NCBI GenBank assembly: GCA_016714745.1
Contig: JADKCG010000015.1
Span: 5,043-69,042, forward strand
Source: Elusimicrobiota bacterium
GTDB lineage: Bacteria > Elusimicrobiota > Elusimicrobia > FEN-1173
Length of the DNA: 64,000 bases
Reading direction: 5' to 3'
The notes beneath the pieces are model-generated. The model searched no databases. It saw only the letters and a program-made list of their open reading frames with translations, and was not told the origin of the DNA. Within the stretch, counting starts at the first letter, position 1. Every line of letters starts with the position of its first letter. A program made the position numbers and the translations under genes. Below, piece after piece: positions 18,100 to 28,700 of this stretch.

Positions 18100-19089
18100 T
18101 CACAGGCGCGGAGGCTGAACTCGACCGGTATGCCCAGACATGCGTTGGATCAGTCGTTCATTGAGTTCCCGCGCAGAATGAACGCCGTGCTGTTTGAGCC
18201 GCTGGTTCAAGGTGGCCACTTCAATTAAGGCGCCCAGGTTCCGTCCCGGTTGCACCGGCACGCGTATTTCCGGAACCGCCACCCCCAACAAGGTCGTGTT
18301 TTTTTCTTCCAACCCCATCCGATCGTATTCTTTTTTTTGGTCCCATGTTTCGAGATACACCACGAGTTCGATCAACGACCGTTTGAGAACCGCGCCCACG
18401 CCGAAAATTTTCCACACGTCAATGATCCCCAACCCGCGCACTTCCATGTGGTGTTGAACCAACTGATGGCCAGACCCCACGAGGATCGCCCCCGGTTTGT
18501 GCCGAACTTCCACTCGGTCGTCGGCCACCAACATATGGTTGCGTTTCAAAAGTTCAAGGGCACATTCCGATTTCCCAATTCCCGACGATCCCAAGATCAA
18601 CACGCCCATCCCGTACACGTTGACCAAGGTGCCATGCAGGGAGGTGGTGGGCGCTAAACGTTCTTCCAGATACGCCGTCAGCTCGCCGATGAAACGCGCG
18701 GTTTCCCACTGGGATTGGAAAAGGGGAACCTGATAGCGATCGCACTGTTCGACCATTTCGCGGACCGGTTCGCGGCCATGGGTCAAAATGACGCACGGCA
18801 AATCGGGCGCGGACAGAAGTCGGTCAAAGATTTCCATGCGCTGGGCGTTCGAGAGCGTGGCGGTAAAAGCGGACTCGCCCATCCCGAACACCTGCATCCG
18901 CTCCCCGCGATAAAATTCAAAAAAACCCGCCAGCGTCAAACCCGGACGGTTGATGTCCGCCACGCGGATCATGCGCCGAAACCCGTTTTGCCCCCCCAAG
19001 AGAGACAACCGGAGAGGTTCCGCTTGGCTCTTCCAAAGTTCTTCGACGTAAAGAGGCGCGGGTTTGCCCGCGGCCGCGTCGGTTTGCAT
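18100..19089 (-). CDS. hprK: HPr kinase/phosphorylase
   Basis: GVLILGSSGIGKSECALELLKRNHMLVADD, plus MEVRGLGIIDV. Confidence 0.95.
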   Translation of the reverse strand: MQTDAAAGKPAPLYVEELWKSQAEPLRLSLLGGQNGFRRMIRVADINRPGLTLAGFFEFYRGERMQVFGMGESAFTATLSNAQRMEIFDRLLSAPDLPCVILTHGREPVREMVEQCDRYQVPLFQSQWETARFIGELTAYLEERLAPTTSLHGTLVNVYGMGVLILGSSGIGKSECALELLKRNHMLVADDRVEVRHKPGAILVGSGHQLVQHHMEVRGLGIIDVWKIFGVGAVLKRSLIELVVYLETWDQKKEYDRMGLEEKNTTLLGVAVPEIRVPVQPGRNLGALIEVATLNQRLKQHGVHSARELNERLIQRMSGHTGRVQPPRL

Positions 19090-19547
19090 CAGTATTCGTC
19101 TTCCTCGCGAATGATCTTTAAAATTTCGTCCGCGCTCTTGGAATCTTTTAACGCTTGACGAAAGAATTTGTCTTTGAGGAGACGGGACACTTTGGCGAGC
19201 GCTTTTAAGTGGTTGCCGGCGGCGTCCGGTGGCGCGATGAGAAGGAAAACGATATGGACCGGTTCACCGTCCAGCGAATCAAAATCCATGCCCCGCTTTG
19301 AGATCCCGAGAGCCGCGGCCTGCGTTTTCACAGACGGGGATTTCCCGTGGGGGATGGCCACCCCTTGACCGATGCCCGTGGACCCCAAGGCTTCGCGCTC
19401 CAGGAGAATGTTCACCATGGATTTTGCGTCGGGCAATTGACCCGTCTTTGCCAACAGCCCACAGAGTTCCTCCAACGCCTCTTTTTTGGAGGGAACCCCG
19501 AGATCAACGGAAACGGCGCCGGGAAGAAGGATGTCAACGAGTTTCAT
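19089..19547 (-). CDS. ptsN: PTS EIIA(Ntr)-type nitrogen regulatory protein
   Basis: EIIA type-2 fold motifs GIGQGVAIPHGK and IVFLLIAPP. Its stop overlaps the hprK ATG by 1 nt. Confidence 0.85.
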   Translation of the reverse strand: MKLVDILLPGAVSVDLGVPSKKEALEELCGLLAKTGQLPDAKSMVNILLEREALGSTGIGQGVAIPHGKSPSVKTQAAALGISKRGMDFDSLDGEPVHIVFLLIAPPDAAGNHLKALAKVSRLLKDKFFRQALKDSKSADEILKIIREEDEY

Positions 19548-19565
19548 AGGATGTCCTTGATCAAA

Positions 19566-20087
19566 TCAGAGGTTCGGTTCAAGGAGCCCATAGGTGGCGT
19601 CCTTCCGACGGTAGAGCACCCGAACAGCGTCATCCTCTCCAAGAAAAAGAAGAAAATCCATGTCGGTATCGTCTAAGGCTCTGGCCGCTTCGGCGACCGA
19701 AAGGATCCTCGGGGTCACACGGCTGATGCGGGTGATCACGGGATCTTTGGGGGTGGACATCAATGGCTCGGGTTCCGGGCGACCTTTATCTCCTCGGCGC
19801 CCGCGCACCCGGCGATCTTTTTCGCGGGAGAAGTGCAACTGCAGTTTCTCCACGGCCAAATCGATGGCGGCATAGAGATCGCCGGCCACTTCGCGGGCTC
19901 GGAAATCGTGATGACCCTGGGCGTGGACAACGACCTCAGCGATGTGGCGGTGCTTTTCCACCCCCAGGATCACTTGGGCGCGAAGCACAATTTCGAAATG
20001 GCGTGCAATACGTTCGAGCTTTTTGCGGGCGTGATCAGCCAAGGCCGGAGTCAATTCAATGTGACGGGCGGTGATATGGATTTGCAT
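19566..20087 (-). CDS. hpf: ribosome hibernation promoting factor (long form)
   Basis: MQIHITARHIELTPALADHARKKLERIARHF, and a C-terminal dimerisation-like extension. Confidence 0.9.
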   Translation of the reverse strand: MQIHITARHIELTPALADHARKKLERIARHFEIVLRAQVILGVEKHRHIAEVVVHAQGHHDFRAREVAGDLYAAIDLAVEKLQLHFSREKDRRVRGRRGDKGRPEPEPLMSTPKDPVITRISRVTPRILSVAEAARALDDTDMDFLLFLGEDDAVRVLYRRKDATYGLLEPNL

Positions 20088-20183
20088 AGGTCATCCTATT
20101 AATTCAGTTTTAGTAACTCGTTCCTCGATCGACTTTACCGGAGCCGGGACGCGCCTCAATTTATCATTTCCATCGGAGAGGTG

Positions 20184-20903
20184 TCAAAGGCGGAACTTTT
20201 CCCCAAGGTAAAGACGGCGCGCCTCAGGCGATTTCATAAGGTCATGGGCACCCCCATGGACCAAAATCCTCCCCGCATGGATGATGTAGGCCCGGTCAAC
20301 GATTTCGAGGGTCGCCCGAACATTGTGATCGGTGATCAAGATACCGAGTCCTTTTTTTTTCAATTGTCCCAGCACTTCCTGAATATCGTTCACCGCGAGC
20401 GGATCGATGCCCACAAACGGTTCGTCCAGAAGCAGATACCGCGGATCCGTCACCAGGGCGCGGGCGATTTCGGTCCGCCTTTTTTCGCCACCCGACAAGG
20501 TGTAAGCCATCTGAGAAGCCAATTTCGTGAGCCCCAAATCCGTCAACAAACTCTCCCGTTTTTCGTTGCGTTCTTCAGGCAGGAGCGGGAGGTGTTCCAA
20601 AATCGCGTTCAGGTTATCCTGCACTGAAAGTCGTCGAAAAATCGAGGGTTCCTGAGCCAGATACCCCAGTCCTGCCCGCGCCCGCTTAAACATGGGCAAT
20701 CCGGACACATCGATCCCGTCAATGGTGATCCGCCCCGCATCGGGGCGGAGCAAGCCCACGGCCATATGGAAACTCGTTGTTTTCCCCGCCCCGTTGGGCC
20801 CCAACAGGCCAACGATCTCGCCGGGGTTCACCTCCACCGTCACCCCGTCGACCACCAAACGAGTCCCATAGGATTTCTTTAAATTTTCAGCGAGCAGAGA
20901 CAC
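20184..20903 (-). CDS. lptB: LPS export ABC transporter ATP-binding protein LptB
   Basis: Walker A GPNGAGKTT, signature LSGGEKRR, Walker B LLLDEPF; located downstream of lptA. Confidence 0.9.
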   Translation of the reverse strand: MSLLAENLKKSYGTRLVVDGVTVEVNPGEIVGLLGPNGAGKTTSFHMAVGLLRPDAGRITIDGIDVSGLPMFKRARAGLGYLAQEPSIFRRLSVQDNLNAILEHLPLLPEERNEKRESLLTDLGLTKLASQMAYTLSGGEKRRTEIARALVTDPRYLLLDEPFVGIDPLAVNDIQEVLGQLKKKGLGILITDHNVRATLEIVDRAYIIHAGRILVHGGAHDLMKSPEARRLYLGEKFRL

Positions 20904-21810
20904 CCGTCTTGTCCTCCTTCCCCGTTTTTCCTTTCACCCCCACAGAAGACCGCCCGGTTTCAAACAACAAATTCGCCCGAACAGCCTTCTGAACCACCAA
21001 TCGCTTCTCCGAAGGATGTAAATCGATGATCTCCCCTCTCAGTTCCCGTTTTTCCCGCCCCTGGGTCTGCCGCGCGTAGGGCCGATCCAACGGAAGAGGA
21101 GGCCCTTCCGGGTCCGACTCCGTCCCGCCCCCCCCCGGGGAAAAGGCTCCCTTTTGGGCAAAGGCCCCCGTGGGAGCGAACGCTCCCTCCAGACGAAAAC
21201 GGTCGGAGGGACCATCAAAATCCGAGCGATCGGCCCATAATTCCGTGACGCGAGACAGAGGCCCCGCCTCCACGCTTTTCAAATATACGCCGCCGCTCCG
21301 TTGACAATCCCCGCAGCAAGGGCGGTCGTGTCCCGTGGATCGGTCCACCCGCATCAACGCAATTTCCGAGGCGACCATGTCGACGATTCCTCCGGAAAGA
21401 GCGTCGTTGCCCAAAGGGGTGCGCCGGGCATGAGCCGGTTTTTGCTCTCCCCACAAGGTCCCCGAAGAGAGGCCCGTATCATAAACGCCCCGGTCTCCCC
21501 ACGCCTCCCAACGGACGGGTTCTTCGGCCCCGTCACGGCGAAAAAAAACCTGCCCCCAGGCGCGAGCCACATTGTTTTTATCTTCTGTCACCAACCGGTC
21601 CGCCGACAAAAAGTCATTTCCCCGCGTGAGCGTCACGTTGCCCGTAAACTCCACCGAGGATCCTTTTCCCAAAACGCGCGCCGACCGGCTGGTAATAACC
21701 GTTTTGGGCAGGTCTGTGGACCGCACGACCGACAGTTCCTCCGCCGCCCCTGCCGCTCCCCCCATCAAAAAAAAGAGAAAAAAACCCAAAACCGCTTTCC
21801 CGCCCCTCAT
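20887..21810 (-). CDS. lptA: LptA/OstA-family periplasmic LPS transport protein (extended)
   Basis: It has a signal peptide and an OstA-like beta-jellyroll region (SARVLGKGSSVEFTGNVTLTRGNDFLSADRLV). At 307 aa it is longer than typical LptA. Confidence 0.7.
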   Translation of the reverse strand: MRGGKAVLGFFLFFLMGGAAGAAEELSVVRSTDLPKTVITSRSARVLGKGSSVEFTGNVTLTRGNDFLSADRLVTEDKNNVARAWGQVFFRRDGAEEPVRWEAWGDRGVYDTGLSSGTLWGEQKPAHARRTPLGNDALSGGIVDMVASEIALMRVDRSTGHDRPCCGDCQRSGGVYLKSVEAGPLSRVTELWADRSDFDGPSDRFRLEGAFAPTGAFAQKGAFSPGGGGTESDPEGPPLPLDRPYARQTQGREKRELRGEIIDLHPSEKRLVVQKAVRANLLFETGRSSVGVKGKTGKEDKTGVSAR

Positions 21811-22354
21811 TTTTTCATCAACCGATTGTCTTCCGGGGCAATTTCCCCCCGTTGCTCGCGGATCACCATTTCAGACAGATCGGACCGAGCTTCCCACCCG
21901 ACCCCTTTAACGATCGATCGCCCCCGCGTCACGGTGACCGGCGCCGTGGAAATAAACCGATCCGCGCTCTTTTCATACCGCATCCAATCGCTTTCCAGTC
22001 GGACGCCGTCGGTGGAAACCATCACCATCCCGTCCCCCGCCCAAAAATCATTCGTCTCTGTGTTTAAACGCCCCCGGCGAGCGGCCACAGAGGAACCAGA
22101 CCGACCGTTGCTAAAAAACCGAACATGGGGGTCGGCCAGCTCAACACGGTGATCACGATCGAAGATGTCGGCGTGAGGCGACCGCAGAGACCAATGGCGC
22201 AAACCGTCCTCATAGGAATCCATGGTAAGGTTGACAACGTTTGGTCCGGTTCCTCCTCCGGTTCAATCTCCGCAACGCGGGAGGTCCCGGTCGGACGGCA
22301 CGCCGACAAAAGAACAAACCAAACACCCCAGGAGACCCAAGCGAAACGGTCCAT
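21807..22354 (-). pseudogene. lptC: LptC-like LPS export protein with N-terminal anchor in a different frame
   Basis: ORF 22064-22354 gives a signal/lipobox-like N-terminus (WFVLLSAC) starting just after kdsC. ORF 21807-22223 gives the LptC-like body. The frames can only be joined around 22224-22250. Confidence 0.55.
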
Positions 22355-22381
22355 AAATCTCAGAGGGGGCCCCTCTCTCGA

Positions 22382-22963
22382 TTATCCCGCCCGACCGTCC
22401 GGGTTCTCGTATAGGTCAAGCAAAGTCTTCATGAGCTTCTGAGATTCAAGGACAAAATCCACCACTTCACGAAGAACCCCCCGACCCCCCGGCGCCCGGG
22501 TCACCCAATGACACACCTTTTTCACCGCGGGATGCGCATCGGACGGACAAACCGCCAGCCCGGCCCTTCGAAGCGCGGGAAGATCCACCAAATCATCACC
22601 AATGAAAAGAGTTTCCTCCCGTTGGACTTTCACCTCCGACAGGGTAGCGTCCAAGGCCAACCCCTTATGTTCACAGTGCTGATGAAGCGAGACCACCCCC
22701 ACTTCGCGGGCCCTTGATTCCACCTGGCGGGATTTGCGCCCCGTTATCCAAGCCACCGGATACTTGTCTCCAAATTTTTTCAACATAAAGAATGCGATCC
22801 GGTCTTTGACGTTCCAAAACTTAATTTCTTCGCCCGACTCCAAAAGGATAATGGACCCTTCCGTTAAAACGCCATCCACATCCATGGCAAAGAGCCGAAT
22901 TCTTTTGGCCCGTTTCTGCAACGCCTTTTTCGAAAGCAAATTCAAAACCTCTTTTTTAGACAA
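22382..22963 (-). CDS. kdsC: 3-deoxy-D-manno-octulosonate 8-phosphate phosphatase KdsC
   Basis: HAD motif FAMDVDGVLT and IGDDLVDLP. I place the start at TTG, overlapping the kdsD stop. The ORF-track start 23071 lies inside kdsD. Confidence 0.85.
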   Translation of the reverse strand: MSKKEVLNLLSKKALQKRAKRIRLFAMDVDGVLTEGSIILLESGEEIKFWNVKDRIAFFMLKKFGDKYPVAWITGRKSRQVESRAREVGVVSLHQHCEHKGLALDATLSEVKVQREETLFIGDDLVDLPALRRAGLAVCPSDAHPAVKKVCHWVTRAPGGRGVLREVVDFVLESQKLMKTLLDLYENPDGRAG

Positions 22964-23945
22964 GCCCTTCCTCCAATAGATCCTTTTCGTCCAACACGCC
23001 CACAGGCCGGCCGCGCTTGTCCACCACCGGAAAATTGTCCAACCCGAATTTCCGAAACAACGGGGCCACATCCACCGCCAGATCTTCGGCCGCCACGGTG
23101 CGGGGACGCCGCGTCATTACCGACGAGAGGGGCCGGGCCAGAAGCCCCACGTCCTCCTGCAATTTCCGCCGCAGATCGCCGTCTGTAAACACCCCGGTCA
23201 GACGCCCGCTTCGGTCCACCAAGGAGGCGGTCCCTAACCGGGTTTTTGTCATAACCACCAACGCGTCTTCCACCCGACGAGATTCCAAAACCAAAGGATT
23301 TTCCGCCCCTTTGTGCATCAGGTCCTCCACGCGGAGCGTGAGTTTTTTTCCCAGCGTGCCCGCCGGATGGAGGCGAGCGAAGTCGTCACGCCCAAACCCA
23401 CGCATTTCCATGGACAGAAGAGCGAGCGCGTCGCCCATGGCCAAGACCGCTGTGGTGGACGCGGTCGGCGTGATATTAAAGGGACACGCTTCGCGAAGAA
23501 CGGCCGTGTTGATCACCACATTGGCGGCGCGGCCAAGGGGGGAACGGGGCCGCCCCGTCATGGCGATTAAAAAGACGCCCACCCGACGAAGCGGGCCCAA
23601 AATCTTTTTTAATTCCTCGGTTTCCCCCGAATAGGAGAGAGCGAGCACCGTGTCCCCCGGCAGGATCATGCCCACATCGCCGTGCATGCCTTCCGTCGGA
23701 TGAACAAAATAAGCGGCGGTCCCGGTGGAAGAGAGGGTGGCGGCCAGTTTTCGTCCGATCAACCCCGATTTGCCAACCCCCATGACCACCACCCGCCCCG
23801 GCGTGCGCACCAACCGTTCCGCGGCCTGCACAAAAGCCCGATCCACATGAAGAGACTGTTCCGCCACCGCCCGCGCTTCAATCCGAAGCGTCTGCCGAGC
23901 GCGTGCCAGCCAACGGGAAACAGAACGGGGAGCCGGTTTTTTCAT
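22956..23945 (-). CDS. kdsD: arabinose-5-phosphate isomerase KdsD (SIS + tandem CBS)
   Basis: SIS motif VVVMGVGKSG, then two CBS-like repeats at the C-terminus. Confidence 0.9.
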   Translation of the reverse strand: MKKPAPRSVSRWLARARQTLRIEARAVAEQSLHVDRAFVQAAERLVRTPGRVVVMGVGKSGLIGRKLAATLSSTGTAAYFVHPTEGMHGDVGMILPGDTVLALSYSGETEELKKILGPLRRVGVFLIAMTGRPRSPLGRAANVVINTAVLREACPFNITPTASTTAVLAMGDALALLSMEMRGFGRDDFARLHPAGTLGKKLTLRVEDLMHKGAENPLVLESRRVEDALVVMTKTRLGTASLVDRSGRLTGVFTDGDLRRKLQEDVGLLARPLSSVMTRRPRTVAAEDLAVDVAPLFRKFGLDNFPVVDKRGRPVGVLDEKDLLEEGLV

Positions 23946-23952
23946 GAGAACT

Positions 23953-24174
23953 TTATTTTTTCAGCCAAGGCGTCATTTCCATCGGCACATCCCGAAGCCG
24001 ATAGGGCTGAGGAAGACGAGCCAACACATGGTCCACAACAAAATAAAAAACGACCAGAAAAATATATATTCCCGCCAAGACTTTCAAATGCCACATCCAG
24101 GAAGGCCGCCAAGGGTCCGCCAAGGGCGTGACGGGCACCGCGATCGGATTACTTTTGGAATTCATTTTATTCAT
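23953..24174 (-). CDS. small single-pass membrane protein (hypothetical)
   Basis: MNKMNSK...WHLKVLAGIYIFLVVFYFVVDHV. The ORF stays open upstream through the poly-C tract to a GTG overlapping the kdsA stop, which would add a poly-proline N-terminus, so the start is unresolved. Confidence 0.45.
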   Translation of the reverse strand: MNKMNSKSNPIAVPVTPLADPWRPSWMWHLKVLAGIYIFLVVFYFVVDHVLARLPQPYRLRDVPMEMTPWLKK

Positions 24175-24195
24175 ATTTTCCTCTTCCCTCCCCGG

Positions 24196-24278
24196 CGGAG
24201 GGGGGGGCCCCGCGGGGGGAATGGGGGGGAGGCCCCCGTGGGGGGGGGGGCGGGGGGGCGGGGGGGGGGGGGGGGGGG
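24196..24278. repeat. extreme G-rich block: G8, G6, G7, G11, G7, G19 runs
   Basis: Runs read directly from the sequence: 24200-24207, 24214-24219, 24223-24229, 24240-24250, 24252-24258, 24260-24278. Confidence 0.95.
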
Positions 24279-24302
24279 CCGCCGACAGTAGCCCTGCGCC
24301 CA

Positions 24303-25157
24303 CTAAACAAACTCATTGCGCAAAAAACCCCGCCGCTTGACCACCCGATCAAGAGCCATCAAACGTGTCAAAAGTTCCGGCACATGAGCCAACCGAACGG
24401 CGTTCGGACCATCCGAAAGAGATTTCTCGGGCTCCGGGTGAACTTCCATGAAGACCGCCGCCACGCCCACCGCCACCGCCGCGCGCGCCAAGGGATAAAT
24501 AAATTCTCTCTGTCCGCCCGACGCGGACCCTTTTCCCCCCGGCAATTGGACGGAATGAGTGGCATCGAAAACCACCGGAGCCCCAAACCCTCGCAAAACG
24601 TCAAGACTCCGCATGTCCACCACCAAATTATTATAACCGAATGAGGCCCCCCGCTCCGTCAACATCACCCGGTCCGACCCAGCGGCTCGAACTTTTTCAA
24701 CAATATTTTTTGCGTCCCAGGGGGAAAGGAATTGCCCTTTTTTTACGTTCACCACACGCCCCGATTGAGCGGCGGCCACCACAAGATCCGTCTGACGACA
24801 GAGAAAAGCGGGAATCTGAAGAACATCGGCCACGGCCGCCGCCGCGGGGATTTCTTGGACAGAATGGACATCGGTCAGAACAGGGAGCCCCCACCGACGT
24901 TTCACTTTAGCTAAAATAGCGAGCCCCTCGGCAGGTCCTGGCCCCCGAAACGAGCCGGACGACGTCCGGTTGGCCTTATCGTAGGACGCCTTAAAAATAA
25001 CGGGGATGCGAAGCCGCCGCCCCATCTCCTTCAAACGACCGGCGATGTGCAATGTCAATTTTTCACTTTCGACCACACAGGGCCCTGCGATAAGCACGAG
25101 AGGCCGATCGTTCGCCATTCGAACCGAACCGATTAAAACGGGGGATGAGGAAGTCAT
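24303..25157 (-). CDS. kdsA: 2-dehydro-3-deoxyphosphooctonate aldolase KdsA
   Basis: [34 protein letters not shown] place the start at the internal ATG (MTSSSPVL), because the csp terminator lies inside the longer ORF. Confidence 0.9.
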   Translation of the reverse strand: MTSSSPVLIGSVRMANDRPLVLIAGPCVVESEKLTLHIAGRLKEMGRRLRIPVIFKASYDKANRTSSGSFRGPGPAEGLAILAKVKRRWGLPVLTDVHSVQEIPAAAAVADVLQIPAFLCRQTDLVVAAAQSGRVVNVKKGQFLSPWDAKNIVEKVRAAGSDRVMLTERGASFGYNNLVVDMRSLDVLRGFGAPVVFDATHSVQLPGGKGSASGGQREFIYPLARAAVAVGVAAVFMEVHPEPEKSLSDGPNAVRLAHVPELLTRLMALDRVVKRRGFLRNEFV

Positions 25158-25171
25158 GAGAAGGTTATTAT

Positions 25172-25216
25172 AGCTAAAAAAGAAGAAGGCCCCTGCCGGC
25201 AAAACCGACAGGGGCC
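25172..25216 (-). terminator. rho-independent terminator after the cold-shock gene
   Basis: On the minus strand, GGCCCCTGTCGG-TTTTG-CCGGCAGGGGCC is followed by TTCTTCTTTTTT. Confidence 0.65.
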
Positions 25217-25235
25217 TTTCTAACGAAGCCGTTGG

Positions 25236-25436
25236 TTACAACGGGCGAACGTTGGCGGCCTGAAGACCTTTGGGGCCTTTGGTCACCTCGAGCTCCACCG
25301 CTTGACCGTCATTCAGGGTTTTGTAGCCTTCGCCCTGAATGGCCGAGAAGTGAACAAACACGTCCTCCGCACCACCTTCGGGGGTGATAAAACCAAACCC
25401 CTTGGATGCGTTGAACCATTTCACTGTGCCTTTCAT
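25236..25436 (-). CDS. cold-shock protein (CspA family)
   Basis: [22 protein letters not shown]...DVFVHFSAI (RNP1 and RNP2 motifs). Confidence 0.95.
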   Translation of the reverse strand: MKGTVKWFNASKGFGFITPEGGAEDVFVHFSAIQGEGYKTLNDGQAVELEVTKGPKGLQAANVRPL

Positions 25437-25587
25437 TGAAACATCACCGTCCATGTAAGATAGTTTCTGAAGCGCATTCCTTAGCGAATCTCACGCAAAA
25501 AAAGCCGCGAGGACGTTTGTCCACACGGCCTGTTACGATGATGTTCCACCGACGTACCGGAAGCCAAACTTCAATCTTACGGTCTAC

Positions 25588-25615
25588 AGTATGCCATATC
25601 CACGGAATTTGTCAA
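25588..25615 (-). promoter_or_regulatory. candidate sigma70-type promoter for the cold-shock gene, with a long 5' UTR
   Basis: On the minus strand, an A-rich tract is followed by TTGACA, a 16-nt spacer and CATACT. This would give a 5' UTR of roughly 140 nt, as is usual for cspA-type genes. Confidence 0.4.
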
Positions 25616-25709
25616 GTCTTTTTTTTAGCGGGAACGACGTTCACGTTTAATTGTGAAAAAAAATCCCAGATTTGACATCGAATCCCATGATCCAACTAAA
25701 AGTTCTGGG

Positions 25710-28700
25710 TTAAGCGGAGGAATTAACAGCCCGGGTCACCCGATCGATAAAGTGAAGGTCTTCCCGTTTTAATAAAACGCCAGTCAAACCATTTAACAGC
25801 AAAACCAAAGCCTCGCGGAACAATGAGGATCGAACCCCTTCAGTGTCCAATACCATCCCAAGGGGGGTCACCACACGACATCCCGTGTACTGACCGAAAT
25901 TCACCCCCGCGCGTTCAAGCCGCCGTTCCACCTCCGCCAATCCCGGCACGCGAGGGACACCTTCTCCCCGACTATCAAAAATTAAGCCTTTGAAGGTGAC
26001 AGGCACAACCAAAACAGCCGCGCGCGCGCCCTCGTCCGTCGGGACAAGAACCAGCGCCCCCCCCCCTTTTGGCGAATATTGTTCAAGGAGAGAACCCGTG
26101 TTGCCTGAAACCATGCGCTCATCCAGATATAAAACAGTGAGCGGCCTCACCCCCGGTCCCTCTGGAAAAAGCGTCACATCGCCGATCATTTCCGCTCCCC
26201 AAAGCCGTGCCATTAGATAGCGCACATGAGCCCAATCCAAAGGAATGCCTATTTTCGATAAAATTGTCTTAAGAATCCCGCGGAAATGACGGCTGTCCTG
26301 AATATAAACCCGACGGACAAGATCCTGCCCCGCCAGACCAAGGTTTAGATCCGAACCGCTCTCCATGAATTCCGTTTTTTTGAACGCCACAGCAAAGGAA
26401 TTGGCCAAAACCAAGTCTTTCTCACGCGCCTCGTAAGAACCAGCCAAGAAACGGTTTGCCAATCCCCAGGCAAGAGAAATAAACCATACCCCCCAAAACA
26501 CCGTAACCAAAAAAGCGAAAAGAAAAAGTGGGTCAACCGAAATTACCGATACCAGAATATCGATATTCCTCCTGCCCAGCATGACTCCCCCCGCCAAAAG
26601 GGAGGAAAACAATCCCAACAAAATAACAGCCAATCCCGGCAAAATAATCCCTGTCTGATTGGCCCCTTCTGTTTTGGGGGAAGACCAGTTTAATCCATCA
26701 TTAAGATCCATTAGGATCACTTGCACAAAAGATTTTGGGAACCCGAGCCTATGCATCATTTGTGCAAAGTGTCGTCTACTTAATGCTCCCGACCCGACCA
26801 ACCCAAATGCTCCTGCCACTGTATTTAGCGAAACTTTTCTTAAAGGAAAATTCATCATCATTTCAAGCAGGAAGGCCTTATGAGGATTGGCCACCACGTG
26901 CCCTTTGTGCTTAGACAGGCGCGGGACCTCCTTTCGCCGTTCAAGGGGAAGGGTCATCGCCCATCGGCTCAAAGCGGCCTGAAGAATCCACCTCTCGTAA
27001 TCCGTCATATAGTGGATCTGGGGAGAGGTCAGTTGACCCAGCGCGCTCTTTATTTCATCGGACGTGGGAGGTTGATCCCCTTGAGAAAGCGCTAAGACAC
27101 TCGCAATGCTGTCCCGTGTGTCTTTGTTGGTGCGAGCCCTCCCATCCCGCTGAGCCCAATAATCCGCGAGGAAATCAAAGAGCATTTCTTCGAAATAGAA
27201 ATGTGAAAAATTGTTTTTCGCCAACTGGTCCCGACCTTTTTTTTCAAGCTCCAATGTTTGCTGGTCTGCCTTTTGCCAATCGGCGACTAAAATTGAGTCT
27301 ATGATGATGGCCACCCTCTTCCAAAAATCCACAAGTTCCAAGGCCTCCTCTGACACATGGGACACAGCCCATTTCTCCTGCTGGCGAAACCGGCTTGCGG
27401 TTTTTAGGATAAAATCAAAATTTCTTTCGGCAAAATAGGCGTCTTCGAGTTTGACAAGATCATCTGTGTATTCCTTGTCATGCTTCCCACTGCCTCTTAA
27501 CCTATCCAAACGACGACTCAAATGCGCCGGGTAATCCCTTAGAAACATGGGGTTATCTACATGAAATAAAATCCGCGTAAGGTGTTTCAGTGCGCCGCCT
27601 GCCCATTCCACGGAGCCCGTCGCCAGGGCCTTTTCGACATCCATCGCATATTTTTCAAAAAGGGCGATCGGGTCATCCCAACGTTCGTTCCACATCATGA
27701 TTAAATATTCTTCAAGATATTCATCGACAAAATCCAACCGCTTTTGCAGATCCGGGGGAAGTCCCCTTGAAGAACCATAATAAACTCCACGCCAATCACT
27801 TGGTTTCATGTTTTCAATTTCGCGCAATTTCCGAGAGGGGATCAAATAACCATCCCTCCCATCGTTCACTAACACCTCCGCCAGAGAGGCAACGACTTCA
27901 CCCATCAATCCGTAAGAGGGCCCCCCATCCTCTCGAAACACCCCGTGGGCCAAACCTTTACGGATCAGTTCCGTAAAAGGCTGGGGCATTGAGCGAGGAT
28001 TCCCACTCAAATAAATATCGATCGGTTCTTCGGCGCCCCTCACGCGAACGCGAACGTTGTTCCCTTTGGAAGGGGAAAACGCTGGGACGTCCGTCACGCC
28101 AGGAAGAATAAAGCGCACCGGCACAAGATGCCCATTGAAAACAATGCTGGGGGTTTCCATCTTAAGTAAATTGATAAGCCGACGAATGGCATCAAAGAGG
28201 CCGATCTTTTGTAGAGATTCCCTCGGCCCCTTCTGAGATAATCCATAGGCCAACGCCCGCGCCCAGTCGAGACGAACTTCCGCGTTAACGGAGAAATCGG
28301 CCGGGCCCTCAGGCGCCAGTGAAACAGGACTGGATTTCCCGGTCGCATCTTTGTTCCCATTGGTTTCTGTAACTCCTTCTGAATTCACCCGGACGGAAGA
28401 AATAATCTTGTCATGGGTCTCCTCTGGTTCATCCTTCCCACGGGCCCCACTCTTGGGTTTATTCGTTGATTCACCTTTCGTATTTTTTTTATTTTTATGA
28501 CGATCACTGTGAGGAATTTTTTCCAACGGCTGAAAATAGCTGTGTAAAAAATAGTTGGCGCCCACCCCCATAAGAAACGCCCCAAAGGTCCCCAGAATCG
28601 CGCCCAGACCCGTGAACCAAACCGGGTCCCACCAAAAAAGGATAAGGGTCGGAGCCATAAAGACAAGAGCCAACAAAAAACCAATTTGATAGTGGAAATG

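Noticed and set aside
23953-24303. 116-aa ORF with a poly-proline N-terminus taken at face value
   Set aside because: It is not accepted as annotated. A C-rich tract cannot contain stop codons, so the open frame is uninformative. Only the C-terminal 70 aa (TM peptide from MNKMNSK) look protein-like. It is kept as an open question in the poly-G finding.
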